In this document: positions 23,747-36,175 of the stretch, in pieces
Layout of the letters: every line of letters begins with the position of its first letter
Numbering within the stretch: the stretch's first letter is position 1
DNA from: Anolis carolinensis
Taxonomy: Eukaryota
Reading direction: 5' to 3'
Assembly: GCF_035594765.1 (NCBI RefSeq)
Contig: NC_085845.1
Location: 64,784,024-64,848,023 of the forward strand
Length of the DNA stretch: 64,000 bases
Notes under the pieces: model-generated
What the model saw: the letters and a program-made list of their open reading frames with translations, nothing else
The model's database searches: none
Told to the model about the DNA's origin: nothing
Position numbers and translations under genes: made by a program

Positions 23747-25388
23747 GTGAGTATTGAATCTGTGAACAGAGATCTAGCGTCCGCCAGCTCACGCCCGGCA
23801 AAATTGTTCAAAATAATTCGATCTTTACCAATCCAAAAAGTGATGATCAGGCCCTTTCAGCCGAGGCTTTTCAAAGCTATTTTGCTGACAAGATCTCACT
23901 ACTATGCCAGGACCTCCCTGCCACAACTGATACAAGGAGAGAACTTGCTGGGCCCACCCTCGACTGGTTCATCCCACTGGACGCAGAGGCTGTCGATAGG
24001 CTCATAGCTGCAGCTAGACCGACCACTTGCTCCCTCGATCCATGTCCCTCTTGGTTGGTTAAATCTTGCTTGAAGGGATTACGTGACCCTCTGTTGAAGA
24101 TAATAAACAGCTCCCTTGAACAAGGAGTCTTTCCAGAGGGTTTAAAAGAGGCGGTGGTCTCTCCTCTGCTGAAGAAACCAGATTTAGATTGTTCGGTTCC
24201 CTCCAGCTATCGCCCAGTTTCGAACCTCCTGTTCCTGGGCAAGGTGATTGAGAGGGCAGTAGCGGAGCAGTTGCAACAGTTCCTAGATGACACAGCTGGA
24301 TTAGATCCCTTCCAGTCCGGCTTTCGTGCGGGGCATGGGGCAGCTGGTTTGAGGTTTCGGGCTTGAGTGCTACCAGTACACTGATGACACTCAGCTTATG
24401 TTGAAGATGGAAGGCCGACCGGACTCTGTACCCAATAACTTTCATCAATGCCTCAAGGCTGTTACTAGATGGCTGCATGCCAGCAGGTTGAGGGTGAATC
24501 CAGCAAAGATGGAGATCCTATGGCTGGGTCGACTGGGCAGTGGGGATATCCAGTTGCCTACTCTGGATGGTGAGGCGCTATGCCCGTCATCAGTGGAAAA
24601 GAGTCTGGGAGTCCTTTTGGACCTTCTGCTGATGATGGAAGCCCAGGTCTCCGCCATTAGTAGAACCGCCTTCTTTCACCTGCGGCAGGCTAGACGGCTG
24701 GCCCCCTGTCTGTCAAGGGATGACCTAGCTACAGTGATCCAGGCTACAGTTATCTCAAGACTGGACTACTGTAACACCCTCTACATTGGCCTTCCTTTGT
24801 CGGTGATCCGGAAGTTCAAGTGGGTATAAAATGCAGCTGCTCGACTCGGAGTCGCGATGAGATGTCATGTAACACCAATCTTACTGCAGCTGCACTGGGT
24901 ACCAATTGAGAACCGGATCACTTTCAAAGTGATGGTGCTTACCTTTATAGCCTTACATGGGACCGTCTCACCCCCTACCAACCTCAGAGATCCCTCCGTT
25001 CTCAGGACCAAGATCTGTTGGAAGTTCCCATTTTTAAGACCTTGCGTCTAACAGCAACTAGACGTAGAGCTTTTACAGCAGTGGCGCCATCACTCTGGAA
25101 CACTCTGCCACCCGAAGTTTGTGCCTTGCGGGACTTATCAGTCTTCCGCAGGGCATGTAAGACACACCTGTTTCGGCAGGCTTTTGATCTCCGTTATTGC
25201 TGTTTTTAAATTGCTTAGATTTTAGCTTGTCTTGTAAGCCACTCTGAGCCCTGGGGGAGTGTTTTTAAGATGTTTTTAAAGATGTTTTAAAGATGTTTTT
25301 AAATTGTTAGATTTTAGCCTGCTCTTGTAAGCCGCCCCAAGCCCTAGGGGAGTGGCGGCATATAAGTCTGAATAATAAATAAATAAAT
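23747..25388 (+). mobile_element. L2-clade LINE, 5'-truncated, with internally deleted reverse transcriptase and duplicated 3' tail
   Basis: YRPVSNLLFLGKVIER, DPFQSGFRAGHG, YQYTDDTQL (YTDD 24377-24388), SRLDYCN, LHWVP, RAFTAVAPSLWNTLP. Stops and frameshifts present. (TAAA)n end. Confidence 0.93.
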
Positions 25389-25829
25389 GAAATTGAATCC
25401 AGGAAAGAAAGTTCTGGAATATGAAATTAAGATTAATGTTATAGATGGCAAATGATGAACTTTAAAGTGACAACAAGAAACCAGGTCATCTGAATCCACT
25501 CTTTGCTTGTTTATTGTAATCTTCTCCACATTACTGAAATAGTTTGAGTATTGCTGGCACTCTTGGAAAAACAGTGCTCCAGGATTTTATTATGACAAAA
25601 CTGCCCAGTTAGAAAGACACTGAAAAATGTTACCTCCCACAAAGGTAATGGAGGTATAAAAGTTGTTCTCCCTTCTCTCATGCCCCTTTAACAGTACTAC
25701 AATGCTAGTCAGACTGCCCAGATTTCATTGCAAATAGCATAGCATTCTGGTTTGTAAAATAAAGACTAGAACTATACACTATCTCCTTCAAAGTGGTCTA
25801 AACAGCGAACAGGAGTAATGGGAATGATT

Positions 25830-26460
25830 AAACCCTGTCACATGGGGTTAGATCTGGTTCTTTCTTCCCACATGACAGATAGTGACAGCCAAGCACCATT
25901 GGAGCAAATCAAATGACAGTGGCAGTTTGCTGTGAGCAGAGGTACTGTCAGAACTGTTATTATGAGCAAAACATTGGATTTATCAACTAGGGAAAATCTC
26001 AACCAGACAATGCAAATTCTCTTTTCAGAAAGTTCTTAGCAAATAGTGACAGACAGTAACTGCCACAGGATTTTAATCAAAAACAGCTGGTTTTGTATCT
26101 ACTGATTTGCTATGTAGCTAATTTGTGACACACATGCAATTGTGTGGACTGTCTTTGCAAGACTTTCCTGCTTTAGAGGAATGCTGTCTTAAGTGATTGT
26201 CGCTCAGTTATAATTCAAGCATAGCTTATCATTGGTTTGTAATTGCTGTGCCTGCTTGTTATTTGGAATGATTACAGGCAGGCTGTCAGGAAGTAACGAT
26301 GTCCCCAACTGAAGCCAAGGTTTTGTCATATCATTACAAGACCGGCTCATATTTCAGCTCTACAAATCTAGTCATTGAACAGAGGGCATTAGCGTCATGA
26401 GCACTTCAAATGCATCTTTCTAATTTAGCAGAATGGAGATTAGAATGAACTGAAAGCAAA
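25830..26460. promoter_or_regulatory. candidate enhancer with homotypic TGACAG (MEIS/TGIF/PREP) cluster
   Basis: 7 TGACAG/CTGTCA sites in ~455 bp within repeat-free sequence. Confidence 0.4.
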
Positions 26461-27218
26461 AACCTGTCTCAGTAAGGCAGTTCTTAGTTATCTATCTTGT
26501 CAATTCAGGGGGCATACAAAGCCATGAATATCTCTTCTCATGCTGTTTGCTTGCATGTGGGGTTATTTCTTTTATTCTACAAGGTGCATGTTTCATCAAC
26601 TCACCTCTATGTAGATGTTGTGTCCTCAAAATTTCATCAGAATCACCATCTTGTAGGGAAGTCAATATCCTCTAAGGGAAAGCCGTTCCCTAGTAAGATT
26701 TCTTTTGCTTTGCTTGGTTCATTTTTAGTCTTAACTATTTAAAGGGTTGTCAACATGATTGGAAACAAATTGTACTCACTTTATATCCAGTACTGGCATA
26801 ACAGATAATGTTCTTGGGGATTTAGATGTTTTTTCATCTCCGTAGGCTTAAATCTGTACTTTTACTCCACACTTTTCTGGGGAAATCAGGTTATTTTATA
26901 TATGCCTGCAGTCTGAGTTGTGGTGTTGAGCTGTGGTGTGTAGGGACTCTTTCACAGGTAGATGAGAAGTCTTCCTGCCATAAAACACTACCCATTTACA
27001 TTTTGCCACTATGCAATCATCTTTTTTTTAAAAAAGGTCTATTTGTGCAGATTTCGGCACAATTATTTTTGAAGGGGTGTTTCTGCAGATACTAGCATAC
27101 TGGTTTTACTGCACCTCCATCTAACAGTATTTAAGTACCAGCCACTTCACTTAATAGTATGGTCAATGCCCTATCAAAGCATACATATGTATAACATGGA
27201 CATACATATACATGTCGG

Positions 27219-27834
27219 TGTTGGGAATTGATGAGCCACTAAGCTCTAATCACCCTCTTTATCAGGTAGATTCCCATTAAAATAGCAGAGTAAAATGCAG
27301 CAGTGAGACTTACGTGAGGTTTGAGTTTCGGAAGGCCGCTGTGTCTTCAGGAAGGCAAAGGAATGCAAAGTTAGCTTTAAAGTTTAAAAGCATTTATTGA
27401 GGTAAAAAGAAATCCATTGATGGATAGAAAAGGTTCGGAGCTAATTATCTAATCTAATCCTGTTCTAATACACATAGACTGATTAAAATAACAAAGATCT
27501 AGATAGCTACATCTTGACTAATAGGAGCTGACAGAGTGCGTCCTCTCTGGAACAAAGCAGGAAGATGGAATGGTGACCAAACCTCATGGGTCGCTTCTTC
27601 TCTAGGGCCATAAACATTCCAAAGGCCAAATTGGGAAGTTACATCAACCCTAGGAGAGATCACATTTCTAAAGCATCAAAGGGTGGGTTGACCTAAATAG
27701 GGCAGAGAAGGAGGAAACAATAGTAAAGCCTAATCAGAGCATGCATGGAACTGGGGAAGGTGTCCCTAACTCTTTTCTAGGCTTCCTATCTAACCATAGA
27801 GACTTAAGCAGTGCAGAATGACATTTTTCCAACA
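27219..27834 (-). mobile_element. solo LTR (616 bp)
   Basis: TGTTGG...CCAACA inverted termini. 5-bp TSD GTCGG/GTCAG (one CpG-type change). Minus-strand AATAAA at 27393-27398. Confidence 0.85.
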
Positions 27835-29168
27835 GTCAGGGGGTGGGGAGAACAACTACAGTTGTGTGACCTGGAATTAATATGAAGTATAGCACACATG
27901 ATCATTACAGGATTGCCCTTTAACACTGAAGTAAGCTCGCATAGGGGAAACATGTGCCTGGCAATGTTGCTCTCACTTTGATTTAATAAGGATGCATGTG
28001 GTATTAAAGTAATCGATATGGACTAGAAAAAATGTAAATTGAAGCAGATTTTTTTCACTTGTGTAAATAACACCTTAGTCAAAATATTTGCTATAGTTCA
28101 CAGATTTTGCAAGAGGCAGTAACGAAGATGTAAAAATAGATCCAGATTATTAGAAAAAATCTTTCTGTTACTGTTTATATTCATTTGCTTTCAGCAATAG
28201 TGAATGCTCCTGAATGTATAACAAGGGTACTGTTCTGACCACAAAATTTGCAATCTAAATCAGCATTACTCAAAGTGATGGTCTCTTGAGGGTTTCCAAG
28301 AAAGAAATAACAATTGTAACTGATGGGCACAAATGATACTGGTTCCTGGCATACTGGAGGGAAATTTCCAGTATCGTATACTGGATAGCTTGGAAGGGAC
28401 TGGGATACAGAGAAGGAGAGAAAGAAGAGTTAATAACTAAAAAACCACATAAGATTGTTGTCACATAAGCCAATTCTGATATTGTGACAGCCTCATGAAG
28501 TGGGAGCATACATTCATAAGAGGATGGCTACTTAGACCAGCCACGTTATACATACACGTTATGCCTTTCTTGAAACTGCTGTGGACAATGTCCATCTAGA
28601 TTCACATATCCAACCACTTTCAATGTTTATGTTTTCCTTAAAAAGACTAATTTATGGAGAAGGTTTTTAAAGGGATATGTCAGATCATTTTACCCATTTC
28701 ATAATTTGTGATAGATCAGCAGCAATATAAATATAATTTGTCTTTCAGTGGGTGCCAGTTCCTAGGAGCGATAAATAAAAGCATACCGACAGGAGAATTC
28801 AGATGTACAGCCCGAGCTGAGCCAAACCAGGTCAATTCCTTCTAATGGGCACAGTAGTAGAGCATGTTTGCAGCAAGTATATGCTCCGTGGGATAAGGGG
28901 GAGAACAGTTATTTTGGCATCTAATAGTAAGAATCCCTAAAATGCTTTAGCTTCTTCAATGACAGTAAAACTATAAGAAAAAATAAATTAATTTTATGCC
29001 TTCCAATAGCATCTGCTGCCTAAGATGGCCACCTTAGTCTGATAATATACTGGCCCTATTTCCAGCTTATATTTGAGGAGTTATACCTAGGTCAAAATGT
29101 ATTGGGAAATTTTTTTCTGAGAATTTTCTTTTCCTTATTAATTCTGAACAAATGGGTCTTTTGCATAG

Positions 29169-29367
29169 TATAGTTAGCCCTCTGTATATCCGCATATTCC
29201 ACCACTCACAGGGTAAAAGATCTTTTAAAAAATATGAATAGTAAAGCTTGATTTTGCCATTTTATATAAGGGACACAAAAGTAGTACCTCTCCATATGTA
29301 ATGAGACTTAATCATAAGCATATTTTGTGTCCTCAAACCAAATGGCAGGCATTCAAGGACCACTATA
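29169..29367. mobile_element. degenerate Tigger-like (Tc1/mariner) MITE
   Basis: Ends TATAGTTAGCCCTC / AGGACCACTATA with TA flanks. Internal CTTGATTTTGCCATTTTATATAAGGGACAC. Confidence 0.6.
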
Positions 29368-29623
29368 CTTTTTTGTGATACTTTTCCCTCCTCCTACTCA
29401 CATAAAACAACACTAGGTCTGGAGCACAATGAAGTATGTACAGTCCCATATGTAACTGCTATTTCTCTCATTTGATGGGGGGAAAGAAGCAAGCTATGCC
29501 TCTGTCTCACTTCAAGTCTGTGCAGTGGGACTGACAGGACTGTGTTTGAACTCCCTTTGAGATCCCGCATTTTTAAAAACCCATTTCTTTGCCGCGTTTT
29601 GGCGCTATCTGGTAGCACCCTCA

Positions 29624-29772
29624 GACTGGATCTACATTGCCCTATATTCCAGTATCCGAACCCAGATTATCTACTTCTCCCAGATTACTTGACAGTGTAG
29701 ACTCATATAATCCAGTTCAAAGCAGATAATCTGGGATCAGATCATGGGATATCGGGCAGTGTAGATCCAGCC
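29624..29772. mobile_element. Harbinger-type palindromic MITE with 3-bp TSD
   Basis: TCA flanks both sides. TIRs GACTGGATCTACATTGCCC / GGGCAGTGTAGATCCAGCC. Nearly fully self-complementary. Confidence 0.9.
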
Positions 29773-29899
29773 TCAGTGTCTGTTTCCAAGTTTTAAAACT
29801 CCCTTCATAGGTGATCTAGTAGCCCACCACCCTGCTTGCTTGCAAGTAAGGCATTTTATTGAAGGATAGTTTTTGTTTTTGGTGTGTTGCAGCAAATAA

Positions 29900-30140
29900 A
29901 GCTCTTAATAGGATATAGTGTTTTTATTTTATTGTGTTTTAAGCATCTCTTAATACTATTTGAACTTGTTTTTATTTTTGCTTTTAAGCTGTATTTTTAT
30001 TTAGTTTAATTGTGTTTTAACTTTTGTGTTAAGTTTTTTTTTAATTTGTATTGTGCTTTTAAAAGATTGTATACAACCCTGGATCCTGCGCTAGGGGAAA
30101 GATGGAATATAAAGTATAATTAAATTAATAAACAAATAAA
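29900..30140 (+). mobile_element. old L2-type 3' UTR/tail
   Basis: T-rich tract, then TGTATACAACCCTGGATCC...GGAATATAAAG...(TAAA)n. Confidence 0.5.
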
Positions 30141-30204
30141 GTCATGGGGCACTGATCCTCTTTGTATCTGAGGTCAGCAGGATGGTTTATAGAATGCAGC
30201 AATA

Positions 30205-30375
30205 CTTTCACACTGGACAACCATAGTGCTACAATTCTATTTTTAATTGCCAGCATCTTATGGAATCCTGGAGTCTGTAGTTTAGTGAAGCTCTTTGGTG
30301 GAGAATTAAATATTGCTCTCTAAATGGCAAAATCCAAGATTGCATAAGATGTTGCCAGTGAAATAGTAGCACTCA
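30205..30375. mobile_element. degenerate palindromic MITE (12224 family)
   Basis: ATGGAATCCTGGAGTCTGTAGTTT...CCAAGATTGCATAAGATG core. Confidence 0.5.
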
Positions 30376-31460
30376 TCTCTCTCCTCCAGTGGAAGGGACT
30401 GTCTTGTGCTGCTGGCATCTGGGGCAATTGCTTGAAATTTCTGGCAACTGTCTGCATTTATGGTTGGATGGGAAGCTATCTTTTCCAACTCAAGCTTGTT
30501 TCTATATTTACTTTTTTAATATCATTTGCTTTTACCTTCATCTCCTTCTAAAATTGTCCCCCAAAGCTTGCAAAGAAACCATCAAATCACGTGCATATTT
30601 AATTGCTGATGCAATTTACCAGATAACGTATTAGGGATTTCTTCTCCAAAATTTATAAATTACATCTCATAGTTTAAACATTTGTACTTTGAATTACTCA
30701 AGCGTTTGAATCCTGCTGAGCTCTGTTCTGATGTATAGATCTAATGTCTAGTACTAACTCAGTGGTTAAATCTCTGGCAGCCATCTGTGGATGGTCTTTT
30801 GAATCCTGTTGTGTTGACCTTTTAGGTTATAAGGTAGTACAGTTTGAACTAATTTTTCTTTTCTATTTACATTCTTTCCCATACTTTGGAACATTGGGTG
30901 ACATTTAATTTTCATCTAGATGAGCAAATAAAAGAAAAATTCAGCCCAGATAACCATTAACCCCAGTATTCTAACTGATAATAAGACAATACTGAGAGTC
31001 AAGTAGCAGAGAGCTGTAGTCATTTATCTGGCTATTTGACAGAAAACATAGAACAGCTCTACTGAACCAAAAGGAATATGATTAACAATCTCTACAATAT
31101 TAACTTGTAATATAATAGATGTGTGTGTATGTATATGTGGTAGACAAATGCATTCAACCCCTCATCCCCTTCCAACAGAACGCCATTTTCCCCTCCTCCC
31201 AAAAGAAACCAGAAGCCTTTCAGATTGTTTACATGGTTTATCTGCAACTCCCCCCCCACACACACACACACAAACAAAACTGGAATTGGACCACTGTCCA
31301 ACGTCCATCTCCAATTTGGATGAGCATTCCTTTTCTTTGGTGGAACATTTTTGGTAATTCATAAAACTCCTGAAATAATTTGAGGACCCCATAGTAATGA
31401 ATGAACCCAGCACAATTTCTGGATCCTGATGTAGATGAATAATGTTTAACATCATCATAT

Positions 31461-31600
31461 GACCTCATCACACTCATCTAAAAAAGCGTCTTAGGACACT
31501 TTCACCCTGTCTTCTGGACAGAGCCCCACGACGTCGTGTGACTTCCAGCAGGGGCTCCACCTCCAACTAGGGTGAAAGTGTTGCCGTAGGAGTCAGCACG
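31461..31600. mobile_element. fold-back MITE-like element
   Basis: GACCTCATCACACT Harbinger-like start. Inverted pairs ACACTTTCACCCT/AGGGTGAAAGTGT and GAGCCCC/GGGGCTC. Confidence 0.55.
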
Positions 31601-32018
31601 GGTCTTTCGCAAAAGGGCAATGCTTCTGCCAATAGGGAGCTGTATGTAGGGTGACATATTCGCCTAGTGGCATTTTAGCTATAGCATTCTATTGTTGTTG
31701 AGTTTTAATAATGGAAATGGTGCAATGCCATGTTTATTGTAGTCTACTGACAATAAAAGGAACTGAAATCCAGTGTGACTGTTGTAGGGACTATTAATGC
31801 TTTGTGCTTTTTAAGGATTTTCGTGAAACACCTGTACATATTATTCTATATTAAAAGTAAAAGAAACTATTATAAAACTCTAAATGGTTATTAATTGGCT
31901 GAAGTGGTTGTTAAGACCTAAATCATATATTGTTATAGGGTTTTTTTAAGTAGTACATGAAGTGAACAAATTGTTTATAGTAGAACATGAACCTATTTGA
32001 CTGTTTCTAGGATATTCC

Positions 32019-32022
<4 letters not shown>

Positions 32023-32060
<38 letters not shown>
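32023..32060. repeat. (AT)n microsatellite
   Basis: Directly visible. Confidence 0.97.
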
Positions 32061-32062
<2 letters not shown>

Positions 32063-32941
32063 CCAGCACAAAAAGCCTACACACATTATTTCATTTTACA
32101 GTTATGAATGAAAAGAGATCTCAAAGGCACTAGATTAGGTATTAGGTTTTGCTGGGAGAACCCAGCTCTTTCCATCCTCCCTTACAACTCCCACTGTTTC
32201 TCCTGATCTGTGATTTGCAAGCTATTATTATTTGTGTTCTGCAATTACCAGGAATGACACCTCCCTTTTCCTCAGCCTCAAGCTACAAATCTGAAATGAA
32301 TAAATGCTGTTTATTGTGACAGTCTGTGTTTTGCCTGGAGAAAAATGACAGAGCGCACCACTGACACAGTCAGTTACTGTTTTTTTACTACTGTTCCCTA
32401 ACCTGGTTATCAAAAACTCTTCAAAACTGTGACAAAAGATAGCATGGAGTACAATACTGAGCAAAGATGTAATTCTTGGGCCTTAAACAAGCAAGTAACA
32501 TTAATTCAAAATACTGTTCTCTACACTGCACTTTCAGTGTGTTAAAATAATATGGCCATAATAGAGGCAATGAAAATTGTCTTTAGACCAGTCTTTTGGA
32601 AGATTATTTATCTAAGCGTTACACTTTGAATGAGAATGAAATCAGTTAGGATTGTTAATGGAAGCAATTACAACAATTTGTACATTCTGGGATAAATTCC
32701 ACCCGGTTAGCTTGGGAGTGCTTCCAGAGAATCAGAGCAATACAGGAGGAAAACATTGAAGAGTAGCCATGTCGTGGGGCAAAATATAACACAATCCAAA
32801 ACCCACAAGTAGCAATAGCGTTTTGGGGAAGCTTAAAGGAAATAATATATTGTAAAAGCTTTTGAAGCTTTACTGTCTTCTTCGTCAGGTAAAGATCTTA
32901 AAAATCATGGCCAACACAGCTGAATAGTTCTTTCACATACA

Positions 32942-32943
<2 letters not shown>

Positions 32944-32979
<36 letters not shown>
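32944..32979. repeat. (TG)n microsatellite
   Basis: Directly visible. Confidence 0.97.
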
Positions 32980-32980
<1 letters not shown>

Positions 32981-35409
32981 ACTCGCATGCACCCTTTCCC
33001 AGGAAAATGGAGAAAAGAGAATAATGGGAATATGGAAAGAAAGATTCTAGCTATGTAGAAATGTGTTCTATTTATATAAGATTTCTTCATTGAGGGAAAA
33101 AGATCACCAGTCAAACTGCTGTTACTCATCTTGATCCAACATCAATTTTGTAATCACTACTTAATATTATTTATTAAGTGTGTCAACCTGTTCCTTGATC
33201 TTGCTTTCATTGACCATAGAGATTGCATACTTGCTTGGAACATAACACTGGAAATTCTTTCTAGATTCCTGATGCAGTCATGGTCAATTGATATTGTTCC
33301 TAGGGGAGAGGGGGCAGGATATAAATTCAACTTTATTATTATTCTGCCTATTTTCTGCAATACACCAACTCCACTTTTTTTTCTTTTCTTTTTTGCCAAC
33401 CTGAATTCTTATTTTTGAGATGATTTTAAATTCCTGAATGCTGCTATCTGTTGAATCATCAATAGTGACACCTGGTGTCTCCTTGTTGATGGGGTAGCAA
33501 ATGCATTCTGGATTTTAGTTACATACAGCAAAATGCACAGGTGATACCTTACAGATTTTGTATTTTGTTGTATTTCACTGCGTGGCCATACATTGTTTCT
33601 TGGATTTTAGTCAAACCTTCAAAGGAGCTATCCAAGGTGTTCAGATCTTGTACAGCTCCTTTAAAGTTCAAACTGGCCTGAAAAACAAGAGTGGATTTAG
33701 CACCCCATTGATCTCAGAGTCACTCACCTTCATGAGCTGTCAGTCCGAACTGTTCAGCTGGCAGCCCATAGTAGGGAAGAGGCAACAGCAAGGTTTGGAA
33801 TAGTTTCTCACAGGAAAAATAACAACAAAGATCGTTCATTTCTCAAATCAATTAGTAAGACTGACCTAGAAAGGAGATTGTCAGGTTGAATATGGGACAG
33901 GATCCTGTAGATCCTTGAAAATATGGTAAAATTCTGTGAGGCAAACTATGGCAAATATCCTGTGTCACCCTGCATTTTTAGCTTCTGCATTCCTCTCCCC
34001 AACACTAGTATTAACTGGTTGGTGAAGAATGAGAGAGGAGCATGTGGCTCTTTCCCCATGGCTGGATAGTACACAGCAATTGAATTCCCACTGTGAAATG
34101 AAGAGGTCAAACACAAGATATGAAACTAAGGGCCATTTATTTACTTATTTATTAGTTGAACTTCTGTAAACCTGTAAGGAAAACTAATGGGATTGTAAGC
34201 CACCGAGTTATTCTAGTCCTTGGGCAGATGTCACTTCCTGGACCATTTTTGGGCAAACACCAAAATCCCAAGGGTCATTCAAACTAAAATAAAATTATTA
34301 TTATTATTAAACTAATTTGGTTGCACACTCCACCAGTCTTAAGTGGAAGGCCATCCTGAGGTTGCTTCCTCCTAAAGTGCAATTTTTACAAGAATGTGAA
34401 ACCCCCATTCTTGTCCCAAAAAGAGCCCTGTTTGCAGCTCCAAAGCCATGAAACTTAGAGAGACTGCTATAGAAACCCACCCTTTACCCACAGAGGGGTT
34501 CCATAGTGCCCTCCAGATCTGCATGATCTTTTAACATGCCATGACTTTCTTAAATGATGCTATCCTATGCCAGTTACCAAACCCAATAATAACAGCATGG
34601 GGTTTCACTCCAGCCACAAAAAAGACTGAAGAGATGTGGACTGCATTAAAAAGCCTCAGTCTACCCCCCCCCCCCACCGCCACATGTTCTTCTAAGCTCC
34701 CCGTGCACTTCATGGTTTTCTCTGTTGACTGTGGATGGAGTTAATGTCTCTATAAGATAGCAAATAGCCATGTTGGATTGCTATTTCCAGCAGCTGACAG
34801 GTGACAATGTTGTAGGTGGCAGAGTTAGTCACTCTCAATATTTAGTGTCTGCCCACCTTTGAATCCTTTTTTTCATAAGATCTATCAACTATTATGTATG
34901 TCACAGAATACAGCTTGCTCACATCACCTACCTTGCCCTATTATGTGAATATTGAATTTGAGAACTAATTATGGGACAAATGTTATGTTTATTTGACCTT
35001 TAGTAACAGGCCAAAATCCTATCTCAATTTGGCAGTGTTGAGCTCTGTCAAACATCCTCCCAAATTATATCTTTGCATCCTCCCCTCTGCCCCCATATCA
35101 TTTTCAATTGCTGTACTATGGACCTATGGCCATTTTGTAGCTGGGGGAAAACAAGGGTATCCAAATAGCATTAGCTAAATTTTAAATTTAAAAGGGAATC
35201 ATTCTGTGTGCCTATAGAATGTTCTCTCTTTCTACAAAATCCTTAAAGCTATATCAAAGGCAGAATGGGAGTTTATGCCTGTATATATGACACCCAGAGG
35301 ATTCCACCACAGACTTAAGCCATGACTACTGCTCGTTCAATGTGACATCTGGAGTTCCTGATACTTGACTAATTTATTTGCAGGCATCCATGCATTCTCT
35401 TTTTAGATG

Positions 35410-35800
35410 TATAATTAAAGAGAGTGTGAAAGTCCCACTTCCATTATTAGCATACTTCCAGTATATTAACTTTGTCATGATTATTGATGTGTCCCAGATT
35501 TTAAAAGTAGTTTACACAGTGACGATGGATTATCTCTCAAAAGCTTTAATACAAAGACAGTTCCAGTTGTGGCGTTTAATAATGAGAGGTACCGCAAACA
35601 ACTGCTTTGAGATCTAATAGGCTATTTACTGTCATTTGCGTGTGTTTGCCATGATTGATCAGCATTAATAACAGTGTGGCATTGAATATGTAAGAGATCA
35701 CTTGCTGATTTAACAGAGATGTGCCACTTGTTTGCTATGAGCTTCTGTCATCAGTAACAAGGTCTCAAGTTGAGCACTATGGGAGCTGTAAACTAATCAC
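35410..35800. promoter_or_regulatory. candidate conserved non-coding element with PBX-HOX and MEIS motifs
   Basis: TGATTGAT at 35652, CTGTCA at 35629 and 35745, TGATTTAA at 35706, several TAAT cores. Repeat-free. Confidence 0.35.
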
Positions 35801-36024
35801 TCTTCATTCAGGAACAGAACTACACATTTCATCCTACAAATGATAGATTCCATGCAAGTCTTTAAAATATATTATTGCTTCAATAAACTCTGTTGTGAAG
35901 TGTAAATGCTTTAGGGTTCTTTCTTAAAAGCTGTATCATGCTTCATATTGTTATAGGCATTTTCTAAGACAATGCACTTCTTAACACCTAACTCTGGGAT
36001 CCTTTCATACAATATAGTAATAGG

Positions 36025-36175
36025 CAATTAATCCACTTCAGCTGCCATGGTTTTCTTCTATAAAATCTTCAGATTTGCAGTTTAGGGAGGGGTTCACCCC
36101 TGATTCCATAGGATGCATTCATGGCAATCAAAATAGAACCATAGTGCTATAATTTTGTAGTGCAAAGGGATCACA
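36025..36175. mobile_element. degenerate palindromic MITE (12224 family)
   Basis: CTGCCATGG...TGCAGTTTAG...GATTCCATAGGATG...CATGGCA. Confidence 0.45.

Noticed and set aside
33040-33500. Possible old LINE endonuclease remnant on the minus strand (SGVGVL...)
   Set aside because: Similarity is too weak to support without a profile search.
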